Part shown: positions 48,699-57,284 of the stretch, in pieces
Layout: each line of letters opens with the position of its first letter
Position numbering within the stretch: position 1 is the stretch's first letter
Made by a program: the position numbers and the translations under genes
The notes under the pieces: generated by a model
What the model saw: only the letters and a program-made list of their open reading frames with translations
What the model was told of the DNA's origin: nothing
Databases searched by the model: none
IMG/VR virus record: IMGVR_UViG_3300028920_000077
Coordinates: 1-60,355 of that record
DNA: 60,355 nucleotides
Reading direction: 5' to 3' (one strand)
From: a virus
Lineage: Duplodnaviria > Caudoviricetes

Positions 48699-49880
48699 AT
48701 GGAAAATCAAAATTTAACACTTAATGTTAATACTCAAGATTTAAAAGAAAGTTTAAACTATTTATCAAAATTTGAATTATATAAAAATCCTGTTTTATAC
48801 CTAAAAACTACTAAACATGGTATTGATTTAAGTATTTATTCAGTAAATTATAATATCCTAACATGTGAAATAATTTCAGATGTAATAAATGAAAATATAG
48901 AAGTTGAATTAAATTTTAAAAATTTTAAAAAACTTTTAAGTAAAATTAAACCTAAAGACTTTAAATTTATACAAAGTTTTTACATTCAAGAAAATTTTTT
49001 AATCCTTGAAATAACAAATAATATTAAGAAAAAAATTAAATGTAAAATTTCAACAAGACAAGTTGAAAAAGTTAATTATAATAAATTTGTGACCATTCCC
49101 ATTTCTTTATTTAATGATATCTTTGATCATTATAAATTATTGTTACAAGATTCTGAATATCTATTTTTTAAAAACTTACTTTTAAGAATTGAAAATAATA
49201 AATTAAATCTTGTTTTAACAAATGGATCTTTATTAACTTTAATTGAATATGAACATGAACATAATGAGAATATAGATCTTTTTTTACCTATAGAAGTGAT
49301 CAAAGTTCTTGAAAGTGTCAAACCTTTTAAACAATTTTTACTTAGTATGAAATATATAAAAGTAGAAAATGAAATATTTATTAATTTAAATTATGTAAAT
49401 GATAATATTACTTTAAACTTTCAAGTTAAAGTTGAAAAGTTCGATTATCCAGAATATCAAAAAGTTATCCCCCAAAAATACAATCATATTAATATTGAGA
49501 TAAATAAAAAGAATCTTTTAAAATATTTATCTGTTATAGATACAACTAAAGACAATGAAGGAATAACTTTAAATTTACTTAAAGATAAAATCATTATTAA
49601 AAATGATATTGATATGGAATATAAAACTGAAGTCATTATTGATAAAAATGATTTTAAATATTTTGATAGTTCAGGAGAAATACAAGATCAAAAAGGTATA
49701 AATGAATTTTTTGCATTAAATAAAAACTTATTTGAATTTTATTTAAAAACCTTAGAACTTGAAAAAGTTTTTATTAAATATTATGGTCATAGTTCCCCTC
49801 TTGTAATAAATGAAAATTTAGAAGAGGAGTTTTATAAGACTAAAAAATTAGTAATCATGCCCATGAGAGTAAATCACTAA
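48699..49880 (+). CDS. dnaN: DNA polymerase III beta sliding clamp-like protein
   Basis: 393 aa. LVLTNGSLL resembles VATDGHRL, DYPEYQKVIP resembles FPDY.RVIP, and it has SSPLVI and C-terminal VIMPMR. Confidence 0.8.
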   Translation: MENQNLTLNVNTQDLKESLNYLSKFELYKNPVLYLKTTKHGIDLSIYSVNYNILTCEIISDVINENIEVELNFKNFKKLLSKIKPKDFKFIQSFYIQENFLILEITNNIKKKIKCKISTRQVEKVNYNKFVTIPISLFNDIFDHYKLLLQDSEYLFFKNLLLRIENNKLNLVLTNGSLLTLIEYEHEHNENIDLFLPIEVIKVLESVKPFKQFLLSMKYIKVENEIFINLNYVNDNITLNFQVKVEKFDYPEYQKVIPQKYNHINIEINKKNLLKYLSVIDTTKDNEGITLNLLKDKIIIKNDIDMEYKTEVIIDKNDFKYFDSSGEIQDQKGINEFFALNKNLFEFYLKTLELEKVFIKYYGHSSPLVINENLEEEFYKTKKLVIMPMRVNH

Positions 49881-49890
49881 AATAAACACT

Positions 49891-49927
49891 AAAAAAAAGG
49901 GGGGCAACCCCTTAGGGGTGTCCTTTT
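49891..49927. terminator. GC-rich hairpin after the clamp gene
   Basis: AAGGGG-G-GCAA-CCCCTT preceded by an A-tract. An alternative stem ends in CCTTTT. Confidence 0.6.
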
Positions 49928-49963
49928 AAATTGATTTAAACCTTTTAGAAAGGATTTTAAAAA

Positions 49964-50209
49964 ATGTATAAATACAATCAGGAAGAAAAAAGAATGTTAG
50001 AAAAAAGAATTAAAGAAATTTTTGGAGATGAAATTTTTTTTTCAATAGAAAAAGGATTCATTAAATTAAATGTATCTGAACATGAAACAAATAAACAATT
50101 TAGCTTGAATTTAGGAAAATTAACCAAAAATCAATACTATGGATTATTAGATTTTCTAATAATGCTAATTGATTTTTATAAAATTATTGAAGTAAAGGAA
50201 GGTAAATAA
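49964..50209 (+). CDS. Hypothetical protein
   Basis: 81 aa with RBS. Confidence 0.6.
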   Translation: MYKYNQEEKRMLEKRIKEIFGDEIFFSIEKGFIKLNVSEHETNKQFSLNLGKLTKNQYYGLLDFLIMLIDFYKIIEVKEGK

Positions 50210-50472
50210 TGAGAAAAAACAGAATCAAAAGTAATGAAATATATAATAGAAAAAAGGATTATAAAATAAAAGAATATTCTAAAAATTATTTCAAAGGACC
50301 GACTAGATCCTTTGCATTTAATATTCCCGTTACTCATTCCACCACCACTTTAGAAGAATGGAATGAGTTTAAAAAATTAGTTAAAAAACAGTACGGGACA
50401 CAATGGAAGATCTTTGCAAGAAAATTAATTGAAAAAGTTCTGGAGGAAGGGGGAGTTAACTTTTTAGATTAA
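50209..50472 (+). CDS. Hypothetical protein, possibly ribbon-helix-helix-like
   Basis: 87 aa; EEWNEFKKL...FARKLIEKVLE. Confidence 0.55.
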   Translation: MRKNRIKSNEIYNRKKDYKIKEYSKNYFKGPTRSFAFNIPVTHSTTTLEEWNEFKKLVKKQYGTQWKIFARKLIEKVLEEGGVNFLD

Positions 50473-50500
50473 TTTTTTTTCATCTTTTTTCTTCTCAATT

Positions 50501-50534
50501 AAAGACTAGATTTTTTATCTAGTCTTTTTTTTTT
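50501..50534 (+). terminator. Intrinsic terminator of cassette 1
   Basis: AAAGACTAGA...TCTAGTCTTT followed by a long T-tract. Confidence 0.85.
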
Positions 50535-50664
50535 GTACTTTTTTATTTTTTTTTCAGATAAAATTTTTATTTTTCTTTTTTCTCCAATATAGATATATCT
50601 TTTTTTTTGGAAGGTATTTTGGGAAGTGTTTTTTTTGGAAGGTATTTTTAAGAAAGTTTTATAT

Positions 50665-50885
50665 CCGTTTCTCCGAACCGTTTCTCCATGTGGATACATG
50701 GGAACGATTTTTTTTTGTTATTTTTCTAATTAGATATCCAAAAATTTTAATTTGATATGTATAGAATTAGATTGTGAATTTTTATATTGATACTTATCAA
50801 ATCAAAATCCTGTTTCATTCATAAGTAATTTCTTATATAAGTTATAACTTATATTGATATATAAGAAATTTCTTATATAAGGAAA
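50665..50885 (+). repeat. Composite non-coding repeat, copy 3
   Basis: Two CCGTTTCTCC units, CCATG..CATGG, the same TTGTTATTTTTCTAATTAGATATCCA block and CTTATATAAG boxes. Confidence 0.8.
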
Positions 50886-51007
50886 AGCTAATATAGATAC
50901 AAACATGGCAGGGGATCTATGCAATTTTCAATCCATGAAAATAGGATTATTTCATATATTTATATATTTATATATTATATTGTGCAATTTTAATACCAGT
51001 TTAAAAA

Positions 51008-51170
51008 GTTACATTTTTTGTAAAAACTCTCATTTTGTTAACAAATTTTGTAAACTCAAAATTAAAGCCTTTGAAATGCAACTATTTTGATGTATGCTTT
51101 TAGGAATTAAACTTGCATATCAACTATATTTTTATGTCATTTCATTATATCACGTTACAAATTTTGTAAC
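51008..51170. promoter_or_regulatory. Three GTTACA-N5-TGTAAC-like palindromes (candidate enhancer)
   Basis: Copies at 51008-51024, 51037-51055 and a perfect copy at 51154-51170. Confidence 0.7.
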
Positions 51171-51247
51171 TTTTGTAATATCGGTATAATTTAGCTAAAA
51201 TATAGGAAATGGTATATAACACAATGTATTATGGAACAATTATAATT

Positions 51248-51264
51248 TTGGCATGGTTATTGCT
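51248..51264 (+). promoter_or_regulatory. Sigma54 (-24/-12) promoter 2
   Basis: TTGGCATG-GTTA-TTGCT, a near-consensus match to YTGGCACG-N4-TTGCW. Confidence 0.8.
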
Positions 51265-51301
51265 ATATGGAAAGTAACAAATCAAATAAAGGAGAAATAA
51301 A

Positions 51302-51424
51302 ATGAAATTGAAGCTATATCCAAAAACATTAAAAGCATTAAAGGCATTGGAAGAGCAATTGAAGCAAGAAAACGCAAGAATGAAAATAAAAATCGAAGAA
51401 ATGAAAAAAAGGTGGGGAGTATAA
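51302..51424 (+). CDS. Small coiled-coil protein (40 aa, not in ORF track)
   Basis: AAAGGAG RBS; MKLKLYPKTLKALKALEEQLKQE. Confidence 0.65.
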   Translation: MKLKLYPKTLKALKALEEQLKQENARMKIKIEEMKKRWGV

Positions 51425-51425
51425 A

Positions 51426-51650
51426 ATGAATTTACAAAAGACAAAAATAAGACTTGAAAAAAAAATAAGAATGTTAAAAGTGGCGGCAGACAACTGGAGT
51501 CAAATCCAGTTGGAAGCATGCAGGGAAAACAATGGATCTAAAGTTATAAGATCCATTATAGAAATAGATGAATTGATAGAAAAAAAAGACAAATTAATAG
51601 ACCAACTTATAAGGGTCTTAACAATTCAAGAAAAAATAAACCAAATCTAA
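51426..51650 (+). CDS. Hypothetical protein
   Basis: 74 aa, GGAG RBS. Confidence 0.65.
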   Translation: MNLQKTKIRLEKKIRMLKVAADNWSQIQLEACRENNGSKVIRSIIEIDELIEKKDKLIDQLIRVLTIQEKINQI

Positions 51651-51670
51651 CAAAAAAAGGAGAAAAAAAA

Positions 51671-52087
51671 ATGACAAAAAAAGAAAAAATCAAAAAAATA
51701 ATATCAGATGAAGCAAAAAGAATCGTAGAAATCGGAACAAAAAATCTAAAGGATCTTAGATATGAATACAATTCACTTGCAATAATCTTAGATCCTAAGT
51801 TCCCTGTTATTTTAGAAAACTTATTATTTATACTGGATTCTCATTTTGAATATAGAGGAGATATCCTCTATATAGATGTAGAAAATAGAGATTATCTCTC
51901 AATTCAATTATATGATGAAAATATCATAGAAGTTCAAAGTGATGAAATAGAGTTTTTACAACCTTTAGGAAACACTAATAGAATAGGAGAAATATTAGAA
52001 GAATTAAAAACAATATCTGAAATAATAGAAGAAGAAAAAAAACAACTAAAAGCAAAAATTAAACAATTAAAAAACAGGAGACAATAA
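51671..52087 (+). CDS. Hypothetical protein
   Basis: 138 aa, AAGGAG RBS. Confidence 0.65.
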   Translation: MTKKEKIKKIISDEAKRIVEIGTKNLKDLRYEYNSLAIILDPKFPVILENLLFILDSHFEYRGDILYIDVENRDYLSIQLYDENIIEVQSDEIEFLQPLGNTNRIGEILEELKTISEIIEEEKKQLKAKIKQLKNRRQ

Positions 52088-52088
52088 A

Positions 52089-52382
52089 ATGACAAAAGAA
52101 AATAAAATAAATTACCTGTTAGAAAGTACAGACAAATATCTTTCTCTTTTCAATCATTTTCTATTGAAAGAAGAAGATTTTAAAAATAATATCTTTGAAA
52201 ATATTGAATTTTCAGAGATTAATGAAAAGACTGTTCTAATTTCTAATGTGAATGGTTCATTAGTGGGAACAGAGGATAAAGAAGATTTTGAAATTGTTGC
52301 TAATGGAAAAGAAGAGATCCATAATAGAATAGATGAACTATATGAAGAGCTTGTAAAGTGGGAAGAAGCTACATATAACTAA
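52089..52382 (+). CDS. Acidic hypothetical protein
   Basis: 97 aa, AGGAG RBS. Confidence 0.65.
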   Translation: MTKENKINYLLESTDKYLSLFNHFLLKEEDFKNNIFENIEFSEINEKTVLISNVNGSLVGTEDKEDFEIVANGKEEIHNRIDELYEELVKWEEATYN

Positions 52383-52420
52383 AAAAAAAAAGGAGATAAA
52401 AAAATAGCAAAAAATAAATT

Positions 52421-52503
52421 AAAGACTACTTGAAATATAGTAGTCTTTTTTTTTGTACTTTTTACAACTCAAGGAATAGATTTTTATCTATTCTTTTTTT
52501 TTG
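52421..52503 (+). terminator. Tandem intrinsic terminators of cassette 2
   Basis: AAAGACTACT...AGTAGTCTTT plus T-tract, then GGAATAGA...TCTATTCT plus T-tract. Homologous to 50501. Confidence 0.85.
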
Positions 52504-53377
52504 TACCTCATCATTGTCATACTATATACATATTATATCATTGTCTTATTGTGATATCATTATATATATTGAAATAGAAGATAAGAAGATAAGATATATA
52601 AGGTATATAAGAGATATAGAAGAATAGAAGAAAATTAGAAGATATATAGAAGATATATAGAAGAATTGAATTAACTTTGTTTCTCTGTCAACTCCAAATT
52701 TCAATCTTAGATACTTATCAATATCTAATAATAATTATCAGATGAAGTTGATATTATACTATCACATCAGATTTATTTTATCATCATTATCATATATACA
52801 CTTATACTTACTAATAAGATTCTTTTATAGTAGGGGAAACCTACACTTTTACGATTTTCAGTAATTATAATTGAGGTATGTTTGTGTTGTTTTACAACGA
52901 GATAGCAAAAAAAACGTGCCTATAAAACGGCAATATTTGCAAGAAAGTAGCAAGAAGCAGGAAAAAAAGTTTTATGAAGTTTTCTGAATATACTATCATA
53001 TATATCATTATTATATCATATTATATTGTCATATACATATTATTGTATATGGGCTTCATAGTTGCATTATATTTATTATATACTTGTTTTAGTTCCTGAA
53101 TTTAATTTGATTGATTACAGTTGATTATATGAGATTTGTATTGTATTAGTTATAGAATCATAGATTGATTGTAATGATATATATTTTTTTTATTGTTATA
53201 CTATATTGAATTGATATACTATTGATCTAATAGTATAGGGAATGAGTCGGGATTGGAAATCACTAAAAATTTAATATATCTTAAGTTTAACAATATCAAA
53301 CAGTTGTGATTTTTTTAATTTTATGAGGTATGCTTATAATGGCGATTATAAGACAAATTCAGAAAAAGTTTGCATTA

Positions 53378-53413
53378 GAAAGTGTAAACCAAAGTGTAAA
53401 CCAAAGTGTAAAC
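53378..53413 (+). repeat. Triple 12-bp tandem repeat AAAGTGTAAACC
   Basis: gaaagtgtaaacc-aaagtgtaaacc-aaagtgtaaac. Confidence 0.85.
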
Positions 53414-53481
53414 TAATTTTTTTTTACTATTTTTTTTATTATTTTTATTTTTTCCAATTATAATTAGAATTATAATTATGA

Positions 53482-54492
53482 TTATAATAATTTCAGTCTT
53501 ATATTTGTTATGTTATGGTAGTTCGCATTTATTTCTGAGCCGATGTAATTTATATTTAGTTGTTTAGCTGCGATGAGTGTAGAGCCTGAGCCTGCGAATG
53601 GGTCGTATATAATTGGTTCAAATTGATTAGGAGGTGTAATGAGTTTAATCAGGTATTGCAGTAATTTAATTGGTTTAACGGTTGGGTGGTTATTTACAGG
53701 GGTTCTTTCTTTTTTAGATGTTTTTGGGCAGTAGAAGAAGCGTGCAGCCGAGCCTTGTTCTTTTCCTCTCAGTTCATTTTGTGAATTAACTCCTCCCATA
53801 TTAAAGATAGAGTTTTCTGTTTTTTTATCTTTTGAATTTTTCCCCCATGGTCCTTTAACGTTTGGGAATAGGTTTAGTACTAATTGCGATCCGTCGTGTA
53901 TGAAGTTAGCGGGGAATCTGCCTTGTTTATATCCACCTTCATTACCTAATAATCCTTTACCGAAAGAGTTACTTTTACATTCTTTGCTATTTTTTCTACC
54001 TTGTTCTACAATTTCATTCCCAACTCTACAGCCGTTGATATTCAGTCCTCCAGTTCCGTATTTGAGGCAGTTTTTAGCAATTGTTTTTTCTGTCAGTGGT
54101 TTTCTAGCTAGGGTAATAAGTTCCATAGCGGGTTTTAAGTTTGATCCATAGCCTTTAAAGTCTTGGTTTTTTTTGCCTATATTATGTGATTTTGGGAAGC
54201 CTTCTCCGTACACCCATGCGATTATATCTCTAATTTCGTAACCAGCGTCTTCTATGTTCACAGCCATTCTATGTTGTGTTCTGGTACCGCAGAATACGAG
54301 GATATGTCCGCCAGGTTTCAGAATTCTCAGACATTCTTTCCAAATTTCAATGGATGGTATATTATAGTCCCATTTTTTGTTCATGAATGAGATTCCGTAT
54401 GGTGGGTCTGTTATGATGGCAGATATGAAGTTATCTGGCATTTGTTTCATGGTAATCAAGCAGTCTTCGTTATAGCAGGTATTAAGTTTCAT
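53482..54492 (-). CDS. Beta-class DNA methyltransferase (N6A/N4C)
   Basis: TDPPY, GFPKS, HPTVKP and DPFAGSG motifs; likely start MKLNTCYNEDC. Confidence 0.9.
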   Translation of the reverse strand: MKLNTCYNEDCLITMKQMPDNFISAIITDPPYGISFMNKKWDYNIPSIEIWKECLRILKPGGHILVFCGTRTQHRMAVNIEDAGYEIRDIIAWVYGEGFPKSHNIGKKNQDFKGYGSNLKPAMELITLARKPLTEKTIAKNCLKYGTGGLNINGCRVGNEIVEQGRKNSKECKSNSFGKGLLGNEGGYKQGRFPANFIHDGSQLVLNLFPNVKGPWGKNSKDKKTENSIFNMGGVNSQNELRGKEQGSAARFFYCPKTSKKERTPVNNHPTVKPIKLLQYLIKLITPPNQFEPIIYDPFAGSGSTLIAAKQLNINYIGSEINANYHNITNIRLKLL

Positions 54493-54766
54493 CTTTTTTT
54501 TCTCTTCCCCATGCTTGTATGAATGCGACTTCTTGCCAGTCTGGGTCGCATATTTCGTCATTGGCGTCCCATTCGAATATGGATGCTTGTTCAATTACCC
54601 ATCCATCTCTTTTAGAATCGTAGCTAATTCTTATTTCGTCTGATGCTCTTACGCTACACATCCCTAGAATTATATGTGATTTTTGTTCATTTTGATAGAT
54701 ATTTGGGTATAGCCAGTCTATGTAAGTGTCTATTGCTTTTCCGTCTTTATTCCCTTTAATTTTCAT
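54482..54766 (-). CDS. Hypothetical phage protein
   Basis: 94 aa; IRISYDSKRDGWVIEQ..DWQEVAFI. Confidence 0.65.
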   Translation of the reverse strand: MKIKGNKDGKAIDTYIDWLYPNIYQNEQKSHIILGMCSVRASDEIRISYDSKRDGWVIEQASIFEWDANDEICDPDWQEVAFIQAWGREKKDET

Positions 54767-55715
54767 TTAGTCTTTCCTTTGCTATGTTAATGTATTCTGG
54801 GTTTATTTCTATTCCGATGTAATTTCGGTCAAGTTGTTTAGCTATGTATGCGGTGGTACCTGATCCCATGAATGGGTCTAGTATTGTCTGATTTTTATTT
54901 GATCCTGCTTTGATACAGGTTTCTACTAATTTAGGTGGGAATGTAGCGAAGTGAGCTTTCATGAAGGGTTTAGTATTGATTGTCCACGTAGTTCTTTTAT
55001 TTCTACCTAGTGGGTTAATAGATTTAAATATGCTATTTCTAACATAAACGGGGTCTTGAGCTAGGTGCTTTTCATATCCCTTTTTCATTTGTTTAGTGTT
55101 CTGAAGTTTTCCGTATTTCTTCACGAATTGTATTCTTTTATCATTGAGTGTAGCTTTTGAAAGGGGTTCGTATTGTTGATTGAAGTTATATTTTTTAGAT
55201 TTAGTAAGGAAGAGTATGTATTCAAAATCAACGGTGAAGCGGTCTTTAGCCGAGCTTGGCATAGCATTTTTCTTATGCCAGATTATGGTATTCCTTAAAA
55301 GCCAGCCTTGGTTAATGAGTGTTATTGCTAGTCTGAATGGTATTCCACATAGAGATTTTGGTTTAACTGATTGTTTAAAATCTGATGGTTCGTCAAAGTC
55401 TATATTTCTGCCTTTTTTATATTTAGGATCGTGGTAGCCTTTATGTCTTGAAGCTCCCCCAGATGAACAGTAAGTGTCCCCGATAACAATGAAGCATGTT
55501 CCGTCATTGGTAAGTGTTCTTTTACATTCTTGGAATATGAGAGTTAGGTTTTGGATATATTGTTCTATGGTAGGTTCTAGTCCTATTTGATTTTCGTGTT
55601 GGTAGTTTCTGAGCGACCAGTATGGTGGAGATGTTACGATACAGTTAATTGAGTTATCTGGAAAAGTTTTGAGAGTTGTTAGTGCATCGCCCTGATATAT
55701 TTTATTTATTTGCAT
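54756..55715 (-). CDS. Beta-class DNA methyltransferase (SPPY, probably N4C)
   Basis: TSPPY, IIWHK, HFATFP and DPFMGSGTT motifs. Confidence 0.92.
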   Translation of the reverse strand: MQINKIYQGDALTTLKTFPDNSINCIVTSPPYWSLRNYQHENQIGLEPTIEQYIQNLTLIFQECKRTLTNDGTCFIVIGDTYCSSGGASRHKGYHDPKYKKGRNIDFDEPSDFKQSVKPKSLCGIPFRLAITLINQGWLLRNTIIWHKKNAMPSSAKDRFTVDFEYILFLTKSKKYNFNQQYEPLSKATLNDKRIQFVKKYGKLQNTKQMKKGYEKHLAQDPVYVRNSIFKSINPLGRNKRTTWTINTKPFMKAHFATFPPKLVETCIKAGSNKNQTILDPFMGSGTTAYIAKQLDRNYIGIEINPEYINIAKERLNEN

Positions 55716-55844
55716 AGACTTGTGTCTCCTCTGAAGTTATTGTAACCCAGTTTGCCTTTGCATTTTGGGCATTTAAATGGTAGACAAGGAATGTTACCCT
55801 TGACGTTTTCTATACTTTCCAGCTTAATTGTAATTGGTGTTGTC

Positions 55845-56116
55845 ATCATAAGTCTAACTCTTCACAGATTTCTTCAATGATAATATATACTATAACCATA
55901 CTTGCCCCACCGAGGTAGAATATTAAATTGATAAAGTCAGTTGAAAATTCTGATTGTTGAAAGCCATGATATAGTAGGGGATACATTGCAACAGTACAAA
56001 ATGTTAGAATGATTTTTTTCATTTCACCCTCCCAGGTAGTATCCGATTAGGAAGCCTAGGGTGAAGAATATAGCCATGCCGATTAGTATATATATATTTA
56101 GGTTAGCTATTTCCAT
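55845..56116 (-). CDS. Two tiny membrane-protein ORFs (MEIANLNIYILIGMAIFF..., MKKIILTFCTVAM...)
   Basis: RBS-led short hydrophobic ORFs filling the gap; boundaries approximate. Confidence 0.45.
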
Positions 56117-56118
56117 GT

Positions 56119-56370
56119 TTATTCTCCTTTGAGTGTTTTAGCTTCTTTAATTACGTTTTCTTTCTTTGCGATTATTTCTTTAGCTTTCTTTGCCATTTTT
56201 TTTGTTATTTTAATTGGTTGAAGTTTAGTTATTGAGTAGTTTTTGATGTTACACACAGCGTCTATATATGCTTTTATATCTTCTTCTTCACCTATATAGA
56301 AGCGATTTTTGAGATTACAGTAATCTTTTTCTATTTCATAAATATCTGGCATGTTCATTTCTCTTTCCAT
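56119..56370 (-). CDS. Hypothetical protein
   Basis: 83 aa. Confidence 0.55.
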   Translation of the reverse strand: MEREMNMPDIYEIEKDYCNLKNRFYIGEEEDIKAYIDAVCNIKNYSITKLQPIKITKKMAKKAKEIIAKKENVIKEAKTLKGE

Positions 56371-57011
56371 TTAGGGTGTTTAACATTTGATGCTAGGATA
56401 AATTTTGTATCGTCTTGAACTTGTTTATTTCCTTCATATTTTATAAAGTCTAGGAATTTTTCTATTTTATGTTTATTTTCAAATGCAATTTGCAGGATGC
56501 AGTATTGTGGGTCACCTGGGATATTATTTTCTTCTGGATTTTCTACTTTATTGGTATTAATTTCTTCATTATCTTTTTCCAAGATTTCTTCTAGGTCTTC
56601 TGCCGTAAAGCCTGTAATATCCGAGAAGAATTCTTCTGAGATTTCCATGTCTGCCATGATTTCATTTATTTCTGATTCTAGGATTTCCACGTCAAATCCA
56701 GTATTCATATTTATTTTATTATGTGCTAGTCTATACATTTTCTGTTGGTTTTTATTCATGTGTCCTAGCTTAATGACTGGAATTTTCTTATATTCCAGTT
56801 CTTCGCAGGCAATTAATCTCCCGTGACCTTCTATGATTACCTTTGTTTTTTCATCAATAGCGATTGGGTCATTCATCCCGAATTCTTTTATGGATGCTTT
56901 TATTTCTTCTATTTGTTGGTATGTATGTATTTTAGCATTGAGTGGGTATTCTTTTAATTTAGAAATGTCAAGGTAATTTATTTTTAATCTTAATTTCTTT
57001 AGGTCTGTCAT
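56355..57011 (-). CDS. ParB/Srx N-terminal domain protein
   Basis: YPLNAKIH, SIKEFG..PI.ID, IIEGHGRL.A and RLAHNK motifs. Confidence 0.88.
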   Translation of the reverse strand: MTDLKKLRLKINYLDISKLKEYPLNAKIHTYQQIEEIKASIKEFGMNDPIAIDEKTKVIIEGHGRLIACEELEYKKIPVIKLGHMNKNQQKMYRLAHNKINMNTGFDVEILESEINEIMADMEISEEFFSDITGFTAEDLEEILEKDNEEINTNKVENPEENNIPGDPQYCILQIAFENKHKIEKFLDFIKYEGNKQVQDDTKFILASNVKHPKWKEK

Positions 57012-57014
57012 ATA

Positions 57015-57275
57015 TTAATCCTCTAGTGCCTGGAATTTTTGTAATGTTTCTTTGAAAAGATATTTTGCAAAGCAAGCTGTAACCGAAAACGGAACAAAGC
57101 AAATGAATATAAACCCGATTTTATAATTTTTTATAGCCCCAAAACTAAAATCATCAATAATTTCTCTGGCTTCATATTTATCTCCTGCTGAAAAAAATAG
57201 AATAAAAATAAATATTGCTTTGATTGAATACCATATTATTAGTATCCCCAGAATAAATTTTGTTACTTCTATCAT
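57015..57275 (-). CDS. Small two-TM membrane protein
   Basis: Two hydrophobic segments. Confidence 0.6.
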   Translation of the reverse strand: MIEVTKFILGILIIWYSIKAIFIFILFFSAGDKYEAREIIDDFSFGAIKNYKIGFIFICFVPFSVTACFAKYLFKETLQKFQALED

Positions 57276-57284
57276 ATTTTTCCC

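Noticed and set aside
52904-52921. Third sigma54 promoter (minus strand, GGCACG-T8-GC)
   Set aside because: GG-to-GC spacing is 2 nt too long and no gene follows. Correctly spaced but weak GG-N10-GC sites at about 47109-47122 (minus), 51103 and 53052 lack the GGCA core and were not called.
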